The position numbers and the translations under genes are program-made. The notes beneath the pieces were generated by a model that worked only from the letters and a program-made list of their open reading frames with translations, ran no database searches and was not told the DNA's origin. A stretch of DNA of 64,000 bases from Octopus vulgaris (lineage: Eukaryota). Shown piece by piece: positions 28,673-42,547 of the stretch. The DNA lies in contig OX597815.1 of NCBI GenBank assembly GCA_951406725.2, forward strand, positions 55,862,001 through 55,926,000. Reading direction: 5' to 3'. Every line of letters begins with the position of its first letter. Position 1 is the stretch's first letter.

Positions 28673-31199
28673 CACACACACACGCGCACACACGCACATA
28701 TATATATGTATGTATGTATGTATATATGTATGTGTACATTCATATTTATTATATCAAAGACAATGTCTTTATGTGTTCGTGTATTGCTTATACATTCGAA
28801 AACTGCTGCACCGATCGTAATGATATTTAGAACACAAAATCGAAGCCTAGGGAGAAGGATAATGCTCTGTATTTCATACAATTTCATGGACCAAAATTAC
28901 TAAATGGATCCTTATGATATTTGAAACTTACATTCAATGCATAAGGGCGGGTATAATGCAATATGTTTGGTTTGAATTTCAGATGGCTTAAAGTGGGGCA
29001 GAACCACCCATGAAAATTCGTAAATTTTCGATGTTGATGGGTAATTGACAATGGTAATTTTCAACCATGGGTAATTGACAGACATCAAGAAGTATTCTCA
29101 AAGTTTCCACTTCACATGAGGATTCTAAGACACCCTAATGGGGGCCTTAACTCCCAAATTTTAGTAATTTCTTTTATGATCCAAAATTAAGTCAAAAGTA
29201 CTGAATGGATCTTTAACAAATTTGGAAATTATATTCTATGCATAAGGGCCACAACCCCTATGACAATTCATATATTTTTGCTGTTGATGAAATTTTAACC
29301 GTAGATATTAGATACAAATGAAGTAATATTTATAAAATTTTATCTTCTTACAAGTTCGAAAGACCCCTTCATGGGGACTTAACACCCACAATTTTGTCAT
29401 TTTATTTAAGCAAAGACGAATAGTTGTAGTCTTGGAAGCTGTGGGGTAATCCGAGCATAGAAGATGAGCATTATTTGTAATTCAATGGTACAACAGTGTA
29501 AGAGTTTGCTTTGACATACACTTAGATTGGGATTTCTGCAGTGTGCTACATAAATTGTCAAGTAAATGAGAGGCATCTTTGCCTCCACTGATTCAGTTGC
29601 AAAGTGTTGAGTAAAGTTATTTGATTGCAGATCTCCTTTCAGTCTTTTTATTATCACTAGGTCACACATAGTCCCCACATGGTAACATTGATTTCAAGGC
29701 CTTCCCAAATGAGTGACTGGTTATTCAAAGACATTTATAGATTGTATATTTATTCTGTCCAGTTACGTATCAGTATAGCGGTCATTTGCAAACTCCAACT
29801 TTCATTTCTCCTTAGCCCTCACGTCACACAGTTGTTAATTTTTATTTCACGCCCTTCCATAATATTTGTTGTCATGTGTTGGTTGTGGCGATGATAATTC
29901 TCTCTATGAATGCAGACAGATACATAAGTGAAAGTTATGGGAAGGTAGGAAATAGAGTGAGTGAAAAAGTGCTGGGAAGAGAGGAAATAGCGACAGTGAG
30001 TTGAGGAAGACAGATACATTATAGAACGGGAGTGGACTTGTCAACGTGAGTTTCTGGCCCTAGCAACGACACCTTTTAAGATAGGAATTTCTAAGGTAGC
30101 CCACGGGCATCGTCACCTCATTTTACATGTCCCTGTAAAATTTGGAGTCAATCCGACGGGATGTAGTGGCCTTGAAAGCGATCCAAGCGGTGGAAACGCA
30201 TTTCAGTTTTATATATAGACTAGCTGAAGGTGACCCGCTCTACGCGCGGGTAAGAGCGTGGTATATATATATAAATGTATACAAATTATATATATATATA
30301 TATATATATATAAATACAGATATATGCACTTTGTATATATAAAAATTATTATATATACATATTTATATATAGATACACACACACACATATATAAATTAAC
30401 CCAATAAATATCTGATTCATAATATTTGTTGTCATGATTGAGTGGTGGTTGTGGCGATGATAATTATCTCTATGAATGCAGACAGACGTAGAGAGTGAGA
30501 GTGTGTGAAAGCGCTGTGGAAGGCAGGGAGGGGAGATAACGGACGCTGTGAAACGACGTTATAAAGAGAAAGTGAATGTAAGGGAGGTAGACGCTGTGAA
30601 ACGACGTTATAGATAGAAAGTGAAAGGAAGGGAGAAAAGTGAGTGAGTGATGGAGGAAGACAGATATACATAAAAGAATGAGAGTGTTGGATGTTTTGTT
30701 TGTTGGACCAATGTATTAAGGTAGTATTGTTTTATTGTTTTAAAACGAAAGAGGCAATGTGTTTGTTTCAAAAATAAAAAAAATCTGTAATAGTGAATGA
30801 AATTAGAATTCACACCCAGCTCAGTTTTGTAGAAAGAGTATCACGACGTGAACTCATGAGTTGGGAGTTTGACTGAGAGAGTTTATATGGTGACACATGC
30901 CAGTCCTTTCGACACCACCTAAACAATGGAATAGTGTATAAAATGTAATTAACAACTCATTCACTTTATGAATGTCTTATGTTAGCGAAGAAACAATAAC
31001 TTGACAAAACCGTTTAATGGAGACGTAGAAGGAATCGGAAAATGAGGAATAAAGAGAATGAGTTGGATCAAATGTTTGCAAACATCTAAACCCAATGTTC
31101 TTTATGAACCATGTTCTTTTTAATGTCTTTACTTTCAAGAATGAAGAGATAATGAAGAGGTGCAAAATAAAAAATCAAGCAAAATTTCATGACTTACAA

Positions 31200-33120
31200 T
31201 CAGTTTTCTTTTGTCAGAGCCTCCTGATAAACCACGTTCCTTGTGCGCTCATGATTGCCAAGAATGAAGAGTTTATGTGGATTTCCAACTCGAGAACAGG
31301 CTACGTACAAGTGACCATGACTGAAAACCGGTTGTGACAGGTTAATGCCTACAATGTCCAGTGATTGTCCCTGTGATTTGTTGATTGTCATCGCGAAGCA
31401 TAGTTTTATCGGAAATTGAAAGCGTTTAAACTGAATGGGAACATCAGAGGGTGAAATACTCATTTTATGTATCATCTTGATTGTTCCTACAAATGGTCCA
31501 CTCAAAATTTCAGCAGTTATAACATGGCTCTGAATCCTCCTTATAAGCATTCGGGTTCCATTGCATATTTCAGGCGTTTCCATATTTCTGAGCACCATGA
31601 TTGGAGCACCAACTTTCAAACACAAATGATGAGGTGGAAGTCCCGGAGGTGTTAGCTTGTTGAGTAGCTCGGGTGGATATTTGACTGCATCATTCTCATC
31701 TTTATTTGTATCGATGGACATGAAAGAAACTATCTCACCAGGAATCATATCAACTACTTGTTTATTTGTAGCATCAGCTGTTGTATTATGAGGCGATAGA
31801 ATAGCTCTTGCTCTTAGCCAATCGAGATCCTGGAAGTTGGTTTCGACGTCTGGTAAAACGGCTCTTATAAGTTCCTCTACATTTGGAACGAAATTCCCAA
31901 AAGGCAACCGAATATGCTCATCATCAACGAAAGGCAAAACTCCATCACCAAGATCTAATAGGTGTTTTGCGAAAGCCTCAGACTCCACATCACCATGTAG
32001 GTGGACTCTCATGTTTGTTTGAAGATGGCGACTGATAACACTGTGCCACACATAAGAATGCTTTATACATGCATTAACCTCATCGGCTCTAGTGCCTGCT
32101 CGGACAACAGGAAGAGTTTGTCGAAAATCTTCTGCCATGAGAAACGTAGCTCCATCCATTATTTTTGTATTATGACGCAAATCTTGGAGAGTTCTGTCAA
32201 GAGCCTCAAACATGGCCTTATTACTCATTGTAGCCTCATCCCAAATAAAAAGACTGCATTCACGAAGAAGTCTTGCTCTTGAGGAACTACGATCTATATT
32301 ACATATAGGATTATCTTTCTTTCCAATGTCCATGGGCAATTTGAATGCACTATGTGCCGTACGGCCGCCTTGAAGCAGTGTCGCTGCAATACCACTTGAG
32401 GCACATGCAATGGCAATTCGACGTTCAGCGCGCAGCTTTGTGAGAATCAAATTGATAACAAAAGTTTTACCAGTACCACCTGGAGCATTCAAAAAGAAAA
32501 GCTTTCCTTGGTTCAATCTAACGCTGTCAATAATTTCATTATAAATCTCTCTTTGTTTAGGCAAAAGTCTTGGTTCATCTCGCGTAATTGTTTCCGTCAA
32601 TTTGGCAATGTTGTAGTTTTTTTCTGACATGTATTCAACATCCAAAGGCGCTTCATGATCGACAGGTGTTGGCAGATGGAATTCACTTAAACCGCGTATA
32701 ACATAGCGTCTGATGTGTCTGTCCATGTCGATTAATGCCTCATTATAAACATCGTCGTTGCCATCACGTAGCGCTAAATTAGCTTGTATGTCCTTTGATA
32801 GGCTCTGTCTGAACAATTCCCAAAGGTTAAGAGGGTTGCTGGGATTACAGTGGATTAATATGCTACAAAACAATCGACGCATTTGCCATGGCAGTTTACA
32901 ATTTGAGGCCTCTGCTAATGTCCTGTGTAAGTGGTCGTCATTGAGAAGAAGTCCGCGCCTCAAACATGCTTCCCTGTAAGTGGCGCAGATGATACCATCA
33001 ACCGTGCGAAGATCAGCAAAAGACTTCGGTCCAGTAACTACACGAAGTAGCATTCTCAAAAAGAATATTTCCTGTTTGGTAGGATAAATATTATACACAC
33101 GTCCAATGACGTTCTTCCTA
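31200..33120 (-). CDS. Helitron PIF1-family (SF1B) helicase domain; Rep/HUH domain absent
   Basis: GRVYNIYP...FFLRMLL...GPKSFADLRTVDG, Walker A APGGTGKT, SSGIAATLL.GGRTAHS, WDEA, DFRQTLPV, CNGTR, FAMTINKSQGQS, YVACSRV. The first ~100 aa of the called ORF are non-homologous microsatellite/UTR. Confidence 0.93.
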
Positions 33121-33396
33121 GAAACACCGGGCGCGAAAAAAGAGAGAGCTCGAGAAAGAAAAGGTGATATATGAAAGAGAGGACGGGAAAATGAAATATT
33201 TTGCAATGTAAACATGATTTGTTTTAAGAGAAAGATTGTCATGATTGTGTGTTGGTGGTGGCGATGATAATTACCATTAGGAAAAAGAGTGAGGAAGACA
33301 TAAGAATACATAAGTTGTGGCGATGATAATTGTAGACCCCTTTTCACATTTTGATGAAGAGAACCCGATTTCATTCGGGTGTACTGGGGCCACATA

Positions 33397-33428
<32 letters not shown>

Positions 33429-33526
33429 CACGCTGTAGAAATTAAATTAGAGATAAAACCACTAATAGGGAAATGAAACAGTAAAAAACCAAAAACAAAA
33501 ACATAAAAATAAAAATATAATATTAG

Positions 33527-33562
<36 letters not shown>

Positions 33563-34021
33563 TGACAGATAGACAATAGAATGCGATGGTGATGTAATAT
33601 TTGTTTCTGTCTATGAACGCTAATAGATACATGAGTAAAATGTATGGGAAGCTAAGAGATAAGAGTGAGTGAAAATGTTCTTGGAAGAGAGGAAATAGCG
33701 AGAGAGTGATTTGAGGAAGACTTTACATAAAATAACGGTAGTGGACTTGTGAAATGAAGAGGAGTGAGCGGGTACTGGAGGAAATAGGGTGAGTGAGGAA
33801 GATGGCCCCTAGCAACCACACCTTTTAAGATAGGGGTTTCTAAGGTAGCCCACGAGCATCGTCACCTCATTCTACATGTCCCTGTACATTTTGGAGCGAA
33901 TCGGACGGGACGTAGTGGCATTGAAAGCGATCCAAACGGTAAAAACGCATTTCAGTTTTATATATAGAGACTAGCTGAAGGTGACCCGCTCTACGCGCGG
34001 GTAAGAGTGTGGTTGTTACTT

Positions 34022-34351
34022 TCTGTTGCTTCCTTTCAGCACGTAAAAAGCACCATCCGAACGTGGCGGATTGCAGCGCCGCCTTGACTGGCTTCTGTGC
34101 TGGTCGCACGTAAAAAGCACCAGCCGATCGTGGCCGCTGCCAGCCCTCCTGGCACCAGTGCCGGCAACACGAAAACAGCACCCACTACACTCACAGAGTG
34201 GTTGGCATTAGGAAGGGCATCCAGCTGTAGAAACACTGCCAGATCAGACTGGAGCCTGGTGCAGCCTCCTGGCTTCCCAGACCCCAGTCAAACTGTCCAA
34301 CCCGTGCTAGCACGGAAAACGGACGTTAAACGATGATGATGATGATGATGA
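34022..34351 (+). mobile_element. Nin-domain-like SINE 3' part with (GAT)n tail
   Basis: TTGGCATTAGGAAGGGCATCCAGCTGTAGAAA motif; terminus GGACGTTAAAC(GAT)n. Confidence 0.55.
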
Positions 34352-35040
34352 TCCTCCCTCTTTGTTTCTCTCTCCTTTCTCTCTCACTTTCCCACTCTCT
34401 TACTCTTCCTTTCTCTCGGACTCTCCCTCGCCTTCTCTTACGCTCTATCTTTACCTATCTCTCTCCCATTTATAAACAACAAAAGATCTTGAGTAAGTTG
34501 AGAAATAAAATATTTAGAAAGATCAATCATAAATATCAGGCAGTAACAACGGAAAGGTCTGCTTCAAGGCAGACAGCAAAACACTAACATTTAAAAGGGA
34601 CAGACGAACTTGCGAGCTGAATAAAAATAATAAAATATTGGAAACCAAAGTTTGAAGGGATAGAATTTGAGGATAGTAGAATCACCATGGCTGGCATTTG
34701 TTAACGACGGACAGCAACGTATTGACAGTTCAACGGCTGGCGTAAAATTTTGAACTTGATGTAAAAGAAAATCCCTAAAAACCAAGTTTTGAATTGATTC
34801 TTTCTCACGACAGTAGACTCACGATGGCAAGCATTCAAAACTTCTTCATCATGGACGGCAACACATTGAATTTTAAAAGGCTGGCGCAAATTTTTTAGCT
34901 TGATGTAACAGAGAATTGCTAAGCACCCGCTCCTTTAAATTTTAATCCCCTTCCAGCCCCATTTAGACCCCTTTTCACATTTTGGTTAATATAACCCGAT
35001 TTCATTTGGGTCTACTGGGGCCACATTTTATAAGATGAGG

Positions 35041-35334
35041 ACTCAACCAAGTTTCCCGAGTCCTGGTCATAGACCATAGAACAGTCAACCAAGTTTCCCG
35101 AGTTCTGGGCATAGACCATAGAACAGTCAACCAAGTTTCCCGAGTTCTGGTCATAGACCATAGAACACTCAACCAAGTTTCCCGAGTTATGGTCATAGAC
35201 CATAGAACACTCAACCAAGTTTCCCGAGTTATGGTCATAGACCATAGAACAGTCAAGCAAGTTTCCCGAGTTCTGGACATAGACCATAGAACACTCAACC
35301 AAGTTACCCGAGTTCTGGTCATAGACCATAGAAC
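35041..35334. repeat. 42-bp minisatellite, 7 copies
   Basis: Unit ACTCAACCAAGTTTCCCGAGTTCTGGTCATAGACCATAGAAC starts at 35041, 35083, 35125, 35167, 35209, 35251 and 35293. Confidence 0.95.
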
Positions 35335-38300
35335 ACTTAGCTAAAATCTAGTTTCTACCTAGTCTGAACCAATCAATCCGCGGCAGTCTTCATCCACACA
35401 GAGCTTACTCAACCATGTTCCAGTTCCAGCGACAGACGACCAGACCAGCCAGTCATGTTCCTGCTCCAGCCAATGACGACGCTAACATACACCAGCAACG
35501 CCACCGACGCCTTCATCTCAACGTCGCCTTTCTCTGCCGTCGCCATCACCATCGTCGTCCTTTACCTTCACGTCGTCTCCATCTCCGTCGCCTTCATCTC
35601 CAGCAACACTAATATGTACATAGCACTCATTCAGGTTTAGCTTTCACGCTGTTATGATTTTCACCGAGGTTAACAGCACAGCACTACCTGCGAGATCTTC
35701 TGTACCAATGTAACCTGGCACAGCATTGAAGCCACAACCGCTACACGACATGTGTTCAACCGGCATCTGCACTTGTGCTCCGAACATCCTGTTACAGAAC
35801 GAACTGCTATTATGTACTTTACTACGAACTGGTAAATTAACTCCATCTTGTCTGAAATACCCTGAGAGACTTTTCCTATGCGCTGTATTTTGTTTTGCCC
35901 GCATACACCTTGTTTGTACTTCTGTCGCACACACGAACACACATAGTTAATACACACACAAATGCTATCTCTGTCACATTCATACGTCACACATGCCTTT
36001 CTCGCTTGTTGTCCATGCTGAATGTGCCCTTGTAAACACAACTCATCTCTGTAAGACCCTAGGTCGGTCACGCATACATAGAGAAAGTTGTTTGTCCCTT
36101 ACAACGCGCCAGCATGCCACACTTTTGTTCCTGCATGACCGAGGCATATAATAGCTCAAGCACTGGCTGGCAGCCTCAGCCTTACTGCATTAATCACTGG
36201 CATATTCAATACTGTACACTGTATTTCAGCCTAGCAAGCCCTATTGTACTCATGCACCTCTGTTCTGCACGTGTACTCCCTTGTTTTGCAACACTTCTGC
36301 GTCAGCTCAATTCTTCTCCCGACTCAAAGCACGTCGGATGTTCACATGCGCTGAGCTCATGTTTAGGCATAATTTCCCCCTGTTGGTCACGTAATTAACA
36401 GAGAAAATTATCTGTCTCGCACCCAAGTTGCACCCAAAAAGTGTAAAGAAGCAACCAGTTCCCTTTACGTAACTATCAAAAAGTATTAAAATGTTTAATA
36501 TACATAAATACAGATATATACACTTTGTATATATACATTATATATACATATTTATATATAGAACACACACACACATATATAAACGCTCGTTGGTGTGTTC
36601 TGTTTGTATTTGGTCGATGGGCGCGTTGACAGGTAGACAATAGAATGCGGTGGCGATGGCGATGGAATATTTGTTTCTCTGTATGAATGCAGACAGATAC
36701 ATCAAAGAACGCCGTCTGACGAACTTTACATTAAATAACGGGAGTGGACTTGTCAAAGTTATTAATGAAGGGGAGTAAGAGGGGAATGTAGGAAATAGCG
36801 TGAGTGAGGAAGATGGCCCCTAGCAACCACGCCTTTTAAGATAGGGATTTCTAAGATAGCCCACGGGAATCGTCACCTCATTCTACATGTCCCTGTAAAT
36901 TTTGGAGCGAATCGGACGGGACGTAGTGGCATTGAAAGCGATCCAAGCGGTAAAAACGCATTTCAGTTTTATATATAGAGACTAGCTGAACTTGATGTAA
37001 AAGAAAATTCGTAAACACCAAGTTTTGAAGTGATTCTTTCTCACGACAGTAGACTCACGATGGCAAGCATTCAAAACTTCTCCATCATGGACGGCAACAC
37101 ATTGACGATTAAAAGGCTGGCGCAAATTTTTTAGCTTCATGTAACAGAGAATTGCTAAACACCCGCTCCTTTAAATGTTAATCCCCTTCCAGCCCCATTT
37201 AGACCCCTTTTCACATTTTGGTTAATATAACCCGATTTCATTCGGGCCTACTGGGGCCACATTTTATAAGATGAGGAATTTTGTCCTAGAGGTCACGCGT
37301 TTCATTTGAGGAAAAAAATAGTTGTCATGCAAACTTGCCAGCACTTTTAACATAGGTCTGCATATTTTCAGCTCAAGCGACCACATAATGCACACATTAT
37401 ATATATATATGGCAACCTTACGGTTCTAGTATACTTTTCCGTCGATTTCCGTAAAAAACTTTTATTTTTTTACTCATGGGCTTGCGGCAACTTTTGAAGT
37501 AATGAGAGCGAAAGAGACTTAAGAGAAAGCGATTGTATGACGAGGGAAGTTCTTTTGAAGTTACCGTGCATGGGAGCATTGATGTACATGTGTGTGTGCG
37601 TGCGCGCGCGCGTGTGTGTGTGTGTTGGATGGGGTGTGGGAGACAGAAAGTATGTTGTGTAAGTGAAGTGCTTCTGTTAGTGTGTGTGAAGAGACAGAGA
37701 GAGTAATGTGTGAAAGAGAGATTTAACTGAAATTTTTTACTCGGTTTTTGTAGTGCGTGCGTGTGTATGCATGTATGTGTATATGTATGTATGCATGTAT
37801 GTGTGTGTATGTATGTATCTATGTATGTGTGTATGTATGTGTATGTATGTGTGCGTATGTATGCGTGTATGTATGTATGTGTGTGTGTGTATGTATGTAT
37901 TTCCATTGAGTCAACCTCATTATTTTCTACATAGCAGACCGTTACATAAACAGGCAAAGGTACATATATACATACACACTCACACATACATACACACACA
38001 TACACACATACATACACACATACATACACATACATACGCACACACATACATAGATACATACACACACACACACATACATGCATACGTACATATGCACATA
38101 CATGCATACACACGCACGCACTACAAAAACCGAGTAAAAAATTTCAGTTATCTCTCTCTTTCACACAGACAGATACATAAAAGAAGGCCGTTTGAGGAAG
38201 TGAAAGTAATGGGAATGTATGAAATAGAGTGAGTATTGTGTGTTGGTGGTGGTGGTGGCGATGATAATTATCATTAGGAAAAAGAGTGAGTGAGTGAGGA

Positions 38301-38807
38301 AGACATATACATAAGTTGTGGCGATGATAATTCTCTCTATGAATGCAGACTGGCGTAGAGAGAGAGAGAGAAAGAGAGAGAGAGTGAAAGCGCTGGCAGG
38401 AAATAGAGTGAGTGAAAATTTGATGGGATGAGAAGAAAGAACGGCGTTTCACGAAGTTATAAATGAAGGGGAGTTAGAGGGGAATGGAAGAAATAGCGTG
38501 AGTGAGGAAGATGGCCCCTAGCAACCACACCTTTTAAGATAGGGATTTCTAAGGTAGCCACGGGCATCGTCACCTCATTTTACATGTCCCTGTAAATTTT
38601 GGAGTGAATCGGACGGGATGTAGTGGCATTGAAAGCGATCCAAGCATTTCAGTTTTATTTATATATATATATATATATACATACATATATATATGTACAA
38701 ATGTATACACTGCATATATATGTATATATATATATATACATACATATATACATGTATATATATATATCGTCTCACAATATAGATATATGTGTGTGTATGT
38801 ATGTATG

Positions 38808-38838
<31 letters not shown>

Positions 38839-39123
38839 TTATGTATGTATGTATGTATATATATGTGAGATAATAGTTTCACTTTTCTGTATTAATAGTG
38901 AAACTATTAAAACTGAAAGTATCTCACATTACAATTGATATTTTATTGTTTCACTTTTTACGCGCAATACTGAGATAGTGTAAGAGATAAGAAATTGCTT
39001 TGGCCTCGAATTAGGCAAGAAGTTGAAAATTCTTTTGGCTCATGACATGTGTGAAATTTGAATGAAATCGGTTGAATAAAATTAGAGATTCACACATACA
39101 GACAGGCAGACTCATGTTCTCAG

Positions 39124-39198
<75 letters not shown>

Positions 39199-39732
39199 TG
39201 TATGTATGTATGTATGTATGTATGTATGTATGTATATAAGGTCCTGATAATATATGGAGGAAGAGTATTTCCAAAGAAGCAATCAACACTAGTTCTGAGC
39301 TATCATCACTGCTGTCGAATTGCAGACTAATTCTTCGGGTGTAGAAAATCCTGTTTAAGACGGTAAAACTGTTGTTTGGGTGTAACGAAGAGTAAAATAT
39401 ATTCCAAATGATAAGACAAGGAAAAACTTTAACTATGAAGAGGGTTCTGCTTCCTCATTTTCTTCTTCCTCTTCATCCTTCTTCTCACATGTTCTCTATA
39501 GTAATTATTCATCTCCTAACGATACTTTTATTTAGTTTTGTTTCCTCTCAAATGTGCTTGGAAGACGCACTACGCAAACGCGCACCTTTGATGCAAGTTA
39601 TAAATTTTCACTCCAAATTTTGCGTAAACTGGCGTTGCAAGCAGAGTTGGTACAGAAACAAATGTAACTGATCATTGAAGATTTATTAAAGTATTTCTTC
39701 ATCTTATTTGGATGATATATATATATATAGGC

Positions 39733-39845
<113 letters not shown>

Positions 39846-39864
39846 TACATACATACATACATCT

Positions 39865-40108
39865 TTTTTTCCTTCTCGAGCCATGCCAGGTTAATGAGGG
39901 CTGATTTCCCGGTTTCAATGTGGCATATATATTCCCCACCTGAACGAGCCGCCTATCCGTCGCAGGATTACTAATTTTTGCCAGCTGAGTGGACTGGAGC
40001 AATGTGAAGTTTTGCTCAAGAACACAATGTGTCGCCCGGCCCAGAAATCGAAACCACAATCTTACGATTATGAGTCCAATACCCTAACCACTAAGTCACG
40101 CGCCTCCA
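39865..40108 (-). mobile_element. Second tRNA-derived SINE family
   Basis: Head GGAGGCGCGTGACTTAGTGGTTAGGG...GGTTTCGATT (A/B boxes); adjacent (GATA)/(GACA) arrays. Confidence 0.65.
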
Positions 40109-40995
40109 TACCTACCGACACACACACACACATAAATATGAGTTTGGAGGGATATATTATCCGGGTAGATACTGTATTAGCTCTCACTTAAGTTCCAGTT
40201 AACGGCTAACCACTTCGATCAGTACTTAACGTCTGTTGCTAGTCACTCCGTGTATTCTTTGGATGAGTAATTTTGTGTACGCTTCGCTGGACGGTAAAAA
40301 TCGTCTGGAGTATTGGTAGTAAAGAGTATGAAGACTTCATCGATAAAATTTATTTTATAATTTTATACATGTCATATGTTTACATTGTATGGGATGTCAT
40401 TTATCTATTATCTTTAACTTGTCTCAGTCATTAGACTGCAGCCTTGCTGGAGTGCTGTTAAGATTATAGATAAAGCAAGTTAAGATAATGGATAAAAGAT
40501 ACCCTGTACAATGTAACATACGTACAATATAATATAAACATACCCAAACATACAAAGACACACGTATATTTGTATTGAGCGCTCTACTCAGTTGTATTGG
40601 TTAACTATGAACAAGAAGTTTTCCAGGCTGTGTGTTGTTCCCTACATAAAACCAACCACAATATTTAGTTTTAATGCTTCGTATTTATTTCCATATTGAC
40701 GTAACAAAGTTTACTTGCCGAAGACTGTTATACAGAATGTCTGTAGTTTGTGCGTGAGAATGTATGTTTGGATCGAAGAGAAAATGTAAGCCTTCATGTT
40801 TGGTGAGGTGATCTAACATTAGACCAAAGTGACGTGACTGCCAGTTTACCAAGAAAACCTGTACCGTCCTCTGCAAGTGCTCTCTTTTTCTCTCTCTTTC
40901 TCTCATTTGCATTTCTCGCTCATGTCATTTATAACCATCATTTGACATGAACTATTTATGGAAATTTCCATTACCGGACAACGATTGGTTACATA

Positions 40996-41033
<38 letters not shown>

Positions 41034-41547
41034 TAAAGGTGGAAGTCTGAGTTTCCTAGCAACGGAGTTTAGTTTCGTGTTCTTTTTTCATGTTATTTTG
41101 CATTGAAATTACGTGTAAACAGTTCCTTTCCATAGAAAAGGAAAGATTGGGCTGCTATTTCTTACACGCCCTGCTACCACCTATTTTGGGTCATTTAGCG
41201 CAAATAACTGTTACGTGGTGGCAGGGCGTGCTAGAAATAGAAGCCAAATCTTTGGAGATGACATATTTTGAAAGCACTCGAAAGAAACCTATGGAAAAAA
41301 ACTATTTCACACCGAGGTTACGAACGGGTCTTTTACGAAATATTTACCGTATTTTTAAAGTCATTTTCACTTTAAAATATTTTGCCCATCATAATGTGTC
41401 TAATGGGAAGGTTAGAGTTCCTTCTCTTTCAGGGTTAAGTTATTTTCGGAGTATTTTCCCATTATTCGCCAGTTTGGCTGTGTAACATTGCAAGCAAGCA
41501 AGATTGAACTTCATTTTTAATGTATTATATATATATATATATACATA

Positions 41548-42491
41548 TGAAGTATATTTGCCATTTAAATGTGGCTAACCACTAAGGATGGATGTTACTG
41601 CAGCTTGTAGCCCCAGGAGAACATCTTCTCCAGCTGACTATTGACACACTTTCTGTGCCCTATTGGAAGCCATCCTTCCCATCGTCGACCTGACGCACGG
41701 GCCCGGGTTTCTGGGTATTTACCCGTCATCAGTGCACGACAATCACCGGTCTTCGATTAAATCTTTATTATAGGCATATACGCTGAATAGAGAATGGACA
41801 TAACAAGGACAGACAACACAAAACATGGGGTACATATGACGAAAAATAAGAATGAAATGGGATATTTACAATGAATGGAATGGAATGGCTTACGAGCCCC
41901 CCAAAGCTCGCAGTTTCATTTTACTGTTCTTTTATACAGTTTATAATCTTTTTTTAAAATTTCTCGTCTGTTACAATTTCCATCAAAACTTCCTGTTCAA
42001 CAACATTCGGCAGACTATCATAACGGACGTGTACTCCCGTTCTCATCATATCACTAGGAAACAAATCTTCCATTCTTTCCAATCGGTCTTTCTCCAATAT
42101 CATAGCTATATGATTACTATAAAACATGTTCGGATCCAATTTAACTCGTATTAATTCCTTCATTTTTGCTTGCTTCTTTTCTAATTCTATCTCCTTCATG
42201 TAAAACACCAGTATTCTTAAATTCTTTCCTTTTGGTCTCCCTTCTCGTTCTACATTTTCAATTTGCATTGCCAGTCTGTCCTGCCAATTCTCTCTTCTGA
42301 CTTCCATTTCCTTTTCATTTACACTAATCTCTGTTTGCTTCGGTTCTCGGGTTCGTTGTTCTGTCGTTTCCATTTCCTCCGTTATTTTCATTTTACCTTT
42401 CTTTTTTTTCTCGGACTTTTTGGTGGTGATTCCACACGCGTTCTCTTTCTATCTACAGTTAATTCTTCTTTTTTCCTTCCTTTTTTCCTTC

Positions 42492-42547
<56 letters not shown>

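Larger units (their letters stand above)
29860..38662 (-). mobile_element. Head-to-tail tandem array of Helitron units
   Basis: Minus-strand junctions ...CAGCTAG|TC(TC)TATATATAAAACTGAAATGC at 30220, 33971 and 36982. Subterminal hairpin ACCCGCgcgtagaGCGGGT at the first two. The shared ~250-bp 5' block occurs 4 times. Confidence 0.85.

Noticed and set aside
33120-33431. N-terminal ~100 aa of the 743-aa ORF
   Set aside because: Starts in a (CA)n tract and crosses non-coding Helitron blocks repeated elsewhere
35041-35334. CRISPR-like regular array
   Set aside because: Contiguous tandem units with no unique spacers, eukaryotic context and no cas genes
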